A stretch of DNA of 53,233 nt. Source: Nitrospinota bacterium. Lineage in GTDB: Bacteria; Nitrospinota_A; UBA7883; JACRGQ01. The DNA is taken from the NCBI GenBank assembly GCA_016200345.1, contig JACQEX010000058.1, positions 1 to 53,233 on the forward strand, in the 5' to 3' direction. The first letter of the stretch is position 1, and each line of letters begins with the position of its first letter. Below, piece by piece: positions 47,766 to 53,233 of this stretch. The notes under the pieces are model-generated. The model made no database searches, was not told the origin of the DNA, and saw only the letters and a list, made by a program, of their open reading frames with translations. The position numbers were made by a program, and so were the translations under genes.

Positions 47766-48764
47766 ATGGCAAAGAAATCGGTTAAGGTCCCGGTCAATCT
47801 CGGGCAGATGTTGATTGTCTCCTTTCCGGGGTTTTCTTGGAACCCCGTTTTGGAGGAGGTTGTTTGCAAGCGGAAGGCCGGGGGGGTGATTTTCTTCAAG
47901 GAGAACGTGCCGCCGTCCCTAGCGGAGCTTAAAAAATTTAACGCAAAGATTAAAAAAGAGGGCCTGCGCGCCTCCGGCATTATCCCTTTCATAACGGTGG
48001 ACGAGGAGGGGGGGCGCGTTTCGCGTCTTCGGCACCTAATCGGCGAGCATCCACCGGCGATGGAGGTCGGCGCAAAGGGGCCTGCGGAGGTACGGAAAAA
48101 TTATCTGTCGCTCGGCAGGAAGGTTCGCTCGGCCGGGTTTAACCTAACGTGGGCGCCGGTGTTGGACGTGCACACAAACGCGCAAAACCCCGTAATCGGC
48201 AACCGCGCTTTTTCGTCCGACCCCGCCGTGACGGCGGAGTGCGGCGCGTCGGCTATAAAGGGGCTTCGCTCGGCGGGGCTTTTCACATGCGGCAAACATT
48301 TTCCGGGCCACGGGGACACCTTTGCCGATTCTCATCTGGAATTGCCGGAGGTGGAGACGGAGATCGGCGTTTTGCGCGAGAGGGAGCTTGTCCCGTTTAA
48401 ACGGGCGGTTGCGGAGAAGGCCGATTTTTTCATGTCGGCCCACGTTCTTTATAAAAAGGTGGACGCCAAAAATTGCGCCACGTTCTCGAAAAAAATATTG
48501 ACCAACCTTTTGCGGCGCGAGATGGGCTTTAAGGGGCTTGTCGTTACGGACGACCTGAACATGAAGGCGGTTGGCGGCACGATGAGGGAGCGCATAAAGA
48601 GGGCGTTAAACGCGGGGGCGGACGTTTTGCTCGTGCGCGACGAAAACCCCGTTGCGTTTATGGATACGTTCGAGGCGTTGATCCGCGATGGTGGAGTTGA
48701 TTTGGGGAGGATACGCGAGTCCCTGCGCCGAATCAGGCGAATCAAAACCCGCCTTAAAAGCTAA
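47766..48764 (+). CDS. nagZ: Beta-N-acetylhexosaminidase (GH3)
   Basis: VDEEGGRVSR, APVLDV, KHFPGHGDT..DSH, TDDL.M. Confidence 0.92.
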   Translation: MAKKSVKVPVNLGQMLIVSFPGFSWNPVLEEVVCKRKAGGVIFFKENVPPSLAELKKFNAKIKKEGLRASGIIPFITVDEEGGRVSRLRHLIGEHPPAMEVGAKGPAEVRKNYLSLGRKVRSAGFNLTWAPVLDVHTNAQNPVIGNRAFSSDPAVTAECGASAIKGLRSAGLFTCGKHFPGHGDTFADSHLELPEVETEIGVLRERELVPFKRAVAEKADFFMSAHVLYKKVDAKNCATFSKKILTNLLRREMGFKGLVVTDDLNMKAVGGTMRERIKRALNAGADVLLVRDENPVAFMDTFEALIRDGGVDLGRIRESLRRIRRIKTRLKS

Positions 48765-48768
48765 GTTC

Positions 48769-48916
48769 AACCACGAAAAACACGAAAATACACGAAAGGG
48801 GGAAGTATTGTCCTGCTGACGCATGGAATGCATAAAAAAACTCCCCCGCCTCAGCGGGCCATATTTTATATCGCGTCCCAGCGACCTTTTCGTGTATTTT
48901 CGTGTTTTTCGTGGTT
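48769..48916. repeat. MITE-like element, family C, with perfect 29-bp inverted arms
   Basis: AACCACGAAAAACACGAAAATACACGAAA (48769-48797) and its exact reverse complement (48888-48916) around a 90-bp core. Confidence 0.9.
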
Positions 48917-48925
48917 CTCCCCCGT

Positions 48926-50170
48926 TTAGACGGCGACGGGGATGTTTTTCGTAAGCAGGCCGATTGCGTCTATGTTCCACGTTCCGGGGAGTTCGCTGTT
49001 TTTTATCACGCCGTAAATCGGGATGTTGTTGTCGTCCGACAAATCCACGTCAATATGCGGGGAGACCGGCGTTTTTGACTTTGAGTTGAACACCACGCGC
49101 ACCTTCGGCCTTGTGGAGCCTTTTGTGGATGTCTCCACCACCACGGCCACAAATCCGCTGGAGAGCGTCACGATGGTGCCGGTGGGGTATACGCCGAGGG
49201 TTCGGATAAAGTGCTCCACGAAATCCCTTTTAAAATGGTAGGTGCTCCATTCATAAATTTTTTGAAGCGCCTCGGTGGGGCTCATCCCGTCGTGGTAGCA
49301 CCTGTTGGCGGTCAACGCGTCGTAAACGTCCACAATCGCCCCCATGAGGCCGATGTTGCTAATCTCCGCCCCCTTCAGCTTGTGCGGATAACCGCTACCG
49401 TCGAATTTTTCGTGGTGTTGCATTATCACGTTTTCCGCGCTTGACGAGATGCCGTCGTAATTCTTAAAAGCGTTCCTCGCCAGCAGGACGTGGGACTTCA
49501 TGACGTCGAACTCCGAAGGGGTGAGCTTGGACGGTTTGTTGAGTATTTCTTTGGGAATGAACATCTTTCCCAGGTCGTGCAAAAGCGCCCCCACGGCGAC
49601 CTGCTTGGTTAAATCCTTCTTAAACTTCATCGCCTTGCAAAAAGTCGTCATCAGCGTGCAGACGCTTACGGAATGCTGGAATGTGTAGGCGTCCCTGTCC
49701 CTAATCTGGTTCAGGCAGAGCAGGGCGCTTGAATTGTTGAAGATGGAGTCCACCAGGTCGTCAACCACCTTGTCCACCACCCTGTGGTCAATCTGTTTTC
49801 CATTTCTTATGGATTCCATGGTGTTCGTTATGACGGTCTGCGCCTCTTTCCTGATGCCGCCGGCCCTTTTAATTTCTTGGACAAAGCTGGATTCCTCCAC
49901 CTTGGCCGGTTCCGTGCCGGAGATGTCGAGGACGGCCTTTTCGGTCATGGCCTTCGCCTCCTCGGCGGTCGGGGCGTCGCTTATGTCGTCCCCCTTCGAG
50001 GTATCTATGTAGACCTCGTGAATTCCGTGCTCGAGGATTTTCGTTATCATTTTGTCGTCGGTCAGCATCAGCGACCGGCGCATGAAAGGAATTTCAAGCC
50101 ATCCCTGGTCGAAGTCGTGGATAAAAATCCCGGGCTTAAGGCGCTCAACCCGTACCTTCTTAATCACCAT
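48926..50170 (-). CDS. HD-GYP c-di-GMP phosphodiesterase with DUF3391-like N-terminus
   Basis: YTFQHSV, LLHDLGK, HHEKFDGSGYP, IVDVYDALT..RCY, GVYPTG. Confidence 0.93.
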   Translation of the reverse strand: MVIKKVRVERLKPGIFIHDFDQGWLEIPFMRRSLMLTDDKMITKILEHGIHEVYIDTSKGDDISDAPTAEEAKAMTEKAVLDISGTEPAKVEESSFVQEIKRAGGIRKEAQTVITNTMESIRNGKQIDHRVVDKVVDDLVDSIFNNSSALLCLNQIRDRDAYTFQHSVSVCTLMTTFCKAMKFKKDLTKQVAVGALLHDLGKMFIPKEILNKPSKLTPSEFDVMKSHVLLARNAFKNYDGISSSAENVIMQHHEKFDGSGYPHKLKGAEISNIGLMGAIVDVYDALTANRCYHDGMSPTEALQKIYEWSTYHFKRDFVEHFIRTLGVYPTGTIVTLSSGFVAVVVETSTKGSTRPKVRVVFNSKSKTPVSPHIDVDLSDDNNIPIYGVIKNSELPGTWNIDAIGLLTKNIPVAV

Positions 50171-50182
50171 TCGGTTATTCTA

Positions 50183-50794
50183 TTACTGCATCATCCAGTT
50201 TCGGCACAAATCTAGGTACATCCCGAGGATTTTTTTGTTCGTCTCCGTCATCTCCTCGAAATGCGCGGCAAATTTTGTGCGCCTCGCGTCGGACAAATTT
50301 CTAATTACCTTGACGCTTTGGCTTTTAATCTCGCCCAAGCCGCCCGCGTTGAAGGTTAGCGCAATTTTACTTTCCTGCGTTATTGTGGTGGCGTTCATGC
50401 CTTGAAACGAGATTCCGGTTAGGCTCAGGTCGCTGATGACAAAAACCTCTCCGTTTGTGCTCGTTCCGCCGACGGACGCCGGGATGACGCACTGGAACCT
50501 CTCGCTTTGCCGGAGGGTTTTCATCATCATCGCGTTGTCGTCGTCCCCCTTTAGCACGAAGAGCATTCCGGTTTTTTGAAGCGAGTCAATGAATACTACC
50601 GAAATCCTGTAAAAGGTCCCCTTTTCCTCCAGGCTGATTATCTGAACCTCGCCCGGCCTAAGCTGGACGGAGGTGTCGTCCAACTGGTCCGTGATCAGGT
50701 ATCCGACGTTGTTGGTGAGCTTCCAGCCGACTATCGGCGCCCTGGGTTTTTTACCCGTTATCTCAAACGTGACGACTTTTCCGATTTGAAACAT
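50183..50794 (-). CDS. PilZ-domain (YcgR/flagellar brake-like) protein
   Basis: LRQSERF (RxxxR) and DLSLTG (DxSxxG). Confidence 0.8.
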   Translation of the reverse strand: MFQIGKVVTFEITGKKPRAPIVGWKLTNNVGYLITDQLDDTSVQLRPGEVQIISLEEKGTFYRISVVFIDSLQKTGMLFVLKGDDDNAMMMKTLRQSERFQCVIPASVGGTSTNGEVFVISDLSLTGISFQGMNATTITQESKIALTFNAGGLGEIKSQSVKVIRNLSDARRTKFAAHFEEMTETNKKILGMYLDLCRNWMMQ

Positions 50795-50803
50795 GATTTC
50801 CCG

Positions 50804-51532
50804 TCAACCCCTGCAGAGGTCGTAATATTTTTTTATCTTGTCCGCCTGTCCGGACGAGTCAACCTCGAAAACCACGCCGAAGAGATATTTCCCCTCGTTC
50901 AATTTCGAGTTTTTTACCATCGCCTTGATGTTTTTTACCTCGGTGCCGTCCGCCAAGACCGAGGAGAGAGCGATAATTTCCCCCGCCTTGCAACCGAGGT
51001 CCTTGTCAAACCCTACCTTGGCGCCGGTCGGGGTGAAGTCTAAAATTACGCCGTTGAATTTCGGGGATTTTCCGCCGACCTCGGCGTCCACGCACATCAC
51101 GGTCTTTACGCGCTCTATGGAGCGGAGCGAGCGTTTCTCGACGGAGGTCGGATACTCGAGGGCGATGAGCGACACCTTTTTGTGAAAGCGAAGAAACCAC
51201 GTCTTAAACCCGTATATTATCCCGTCGTAAAGAAACCTGACCGCCACGGTGGAGTTGAACTCCGGAAGCACCCCCTTGCCTTCGCTCACCGGAACGTCAA
51301 CAAGGATGAAGAACTCTCCCGTGGAGTTGGCGCTACCGGTGATCCGTTTTAATTCCGTCGAAAGCCCCTTGTTAATGTTTGGAGGCTTCTTTAAGCCGCG
51401 AAAATGGGTGTTGTATTTTTTTCCCGCCCATTCGATGGATAAAATATCCCCTACGGTTAGAATTGACTCCAACGCCTGGCCCGCCTTGCTGGCGGTGTCA
51501 GCGGCGTTTTGTTGCGCCTCAACAGAGCTCAT
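50804..51532 (-). CDS. PilZ-domain (YcgR/flagellar brake-like) protein
   Basis: VRFL.DG..YGF, LEYP...LRSIER (RxxxR), DFTPTG. Confidence 0.8.
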   Translation of the reverse strand: MSSVEAQQNAADTASKAGQALESILTVGDILSIEWAGKKYNTHFRGLKKPPNINKGLSTELKRITGSANSTGEFFILVDVPVSEGKGVLPEFNSTVAVRFLYDGIIYGFKTWFLRFHKKVSLIALEYPTSVEKRSLRSIERVKTVMCVDAEVGGKSPKFNGVILDFTPTGAKVGFDKDLGCKAGEIIALSSVLADGTEVKNIKAMVKNSKLNEGKYLFGVVFEVDSSGQADKIKKYYDLCRG

Positions 51533-51687
51533 TTGCCGATTCCATCCTCATCCGTTGCGTTGTTATCAAGAATTATTCAACGACCAACCCAGCCCAGTCT
51601 ACCAAATTTGCCAAACGGGGGGTTATAGATTTATGGGTGGTCGAATGGGTGGGTGAAGTTCCCCGGCGTGGTATAATTTCCCCCATT

Positions 51688-52602
51688 ATGCGCGTGGTTG
51701 TTGTAGGAGCGGGGGCCGTGGGTGGATATTATGGCGCCAAGCTTTCCATGGCAGGACACGAGGTATATTTCGTCGCTCGCGGCGAACATCTGGCCTCGAT
51801 TAAACGCGATGGGCTGGTGGTGGAAAGTTTCAACGGAGATTTTACCGTCCGTCCCGCGGGCTCCTCTGAGCACTTTGAGCGGATGGGCGGCGTTGATTTG
51901 GTTCTCGTCTGCGTAAAGAGGGGAGACACCGCAGACGCGCTGGGCGCGATTGCCGGGCAGGTGGAAAACGAAACCGTCGTAATCTCGCTTCAAAACGGCC
52001 TCGACGCCGACAAGGAAATGGCCGCCGTCGTGGAACCCTCGCGCATAGTCGGCGGAATAGCATTCATAGGCTCCGCGGTTTCCGCGCCGGGGAGAATAAG
52101 GCACACCGCAAGGGGGGTCGTAACCATCGGCGAGGCCGACGGCTCGCAATCCGAAAGAGTCCTAAAAATTCAAAAAACTTTCGAGGACGCCGGAATCCCG
52201 TGCGCCGTCTCGCCCGACATCGTCGGCGCGAAGTGGGACAAGCTTATGTGGAACGTCGGTTTCAACGGCGTTTGCGCCCTTACGCGCGGCACCGTTCACA
52301 AGGTGCTGGACCACGCGCCGACGGCGGATCTAGCGCGGTCGTTGATGGAGGAGCTTGTCGGCGTGGCGGACGAGCTTGGGATAAACGTAAACCGTTCGCT
52401 GGTGGACAAATACATCGTGAACACACGCAAAGGGGGGGACGTGACCCCGTCCACGCTTCAGGACGTCATGCACGGAAAAAGGACGGAAATAAAATACATG
52501 AACGGCAAGGTGTGCGAGGAGGGGAGAAAGACCGGCTATCCCACGCCGTATAACGACGCGGTTTTCGCGCTGGTCTCCGCCTTGGACGAGATGCGGAAAT
52601 GA
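51688..52602 (+). CDS. panE: Ketopantoate reductase family protein
   Basis: MRVVVVGAGAVGGYYG, SLQNG, W.KL.WN, STLQD...GK.TE; extended -10 TGGTATAAT just upstream. Confidence 0.9.
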   Translation: MRVVVVGAGAVGGYYGAKLSMAGHEVYFVARGEHLASIKRDGLVVESFNGDFTVRPAGSSEHFERMGGVDLVLVCVKRGDTADALGAIAGQVENETVVISLQNGLDADKEMAAVVEPSRIVGGIAFIGSAVSAPGRIRHTARGVVTIGEADGSQSERVLKIQKTFEDAGIPCAVSPDIVGAKWDKLMWNVGFNGVCALTRGTVHKVLDHAPTADLARSLMEELVGVADELGINVNRSLVDKYIVNTRKGGDVTPSTLQDVMHGKRTEIKYMNGKVCEEGRKTGYPTPYNDAVFALVSALDEMRK

Positions 52603-53087
52603 GCCTTCGCGACAAGGTGGTTTTTATAACCGGCTCCTCTTTTCTGGCGTCGCAGGCTTGCGTGCCTCACCTTAAACGCTCGACCAATCCGCACATCCTA
52701 ACGCTTTCGCCGCCGTTGAACATGGACGCCAAATGGTTCGCCCCCCACGCCGCGTACACCATATCGAAGTACGGGATGAGCATGTGCGCGCTGGGAATGG
52801 CGAGGGAGTTTTCGGCGGAGGGAATAGCCGTCAACTGCCTTTGGCCCCGGACGACTATAGCCACGGCGGCCATAGAGTTTAATTTTCCCGAGGCCGTTTT
52901 GCGCGCCTCGCGCAAGCCGGCGATAATGGCGGACGCCGCGCGCGTTATTTTAACGAGGGACAGTCGCGCGGAGACCGGCAAATTTTTTATTGACGAGGAA
53001 GTCCTGCGCGGGGCCGGGGTTACAGATTTTGAAAAGTACGCCGTCGCGCCGGGAACGCCGCTTTTCCGCGACCTCTTTTTGAACTAA
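52599..53087 (+). pseudogene. HSDL2-like SDR oxidoreductase with a large in-frame internal deletion
   Basis: VVFITGS joins directly to SFLASQACVPHL..S.NPHILTLSPPL; the GxxxGIG and NNAS segments are absent; YTISKYG catalytic motif retained. Confidence 0.8.
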
Positions 53088-53118
53088 ATTGGATAACCGC
53101 CAAGAAATACGGGGAAAG

Positions 53119-53233
53119 AACCGCGAAAAACACGAAAATACACGAAAGGGGGGAAATTGGGGCCTGCTGACGCATGTAAAAAAGTGAGAACTACCCGCCA
53201 CTCCCCGCGATAGCGGGCAAAAAGTTCTATCCC
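53119..53233. repeat. Family C element, second copy (runs off the window end)
   Basis: AACCGCGAAAAACACGAAAATACACGAAAGGGGG..CCTGCTGACGCATG..CCCCGCGATAGCGGGC, matching 48769-48860. Confidence 0.85.

Overview
A 53 kb, moderately GC-rich bacterial chromosomal segment; gene content suggests a Nitrospinota/Desulfobacterota-like organism (inference only). Most of it is housekeeping: an M16 peptidase pair with two CNNM/CorC proteins and mqnC; sucCD-korAB-ndk; motAB; gpmI-ubiD-trpC; rpsF-ssb-rpsR-DUF2232-rplI-dnaB-alr plus two histidine kinases; leuCD-leuB-asd; nifU-like/mrp/nagZ; a PilZ-PilZ-HD-GYP module; panE. No rRNA, tRNA, CRISPR array, integrase or transposase was seen. The most interesting signals are: (1) a convergent block at about 26.0-32.55 kb whose two outer promoters both carry 11-bp-periodic TTAAC (Pho-box-like) repeats, encoding Ppx/GppA, a tandem pair of thymidylate-kinase-like proteins (one with a Walker A K-to-R change), a small helical protein, an atypical pyruvate kinase and a broken ligase-like gene, which is a candidate uncharacterised phosphate/polyphosphate system; (2) three families of intergenic structured repeats, including a multi-hairpin REP-like element with compensatory changes and elements with arms built from tandem ~9-mers; (3) an orphan DUF1566/DGR-variable-region-like fragment next to an AAA ATPase; (4) several genes broken by clean deletions; (5) a 49-aa membrane ORF missing from the ORF track.
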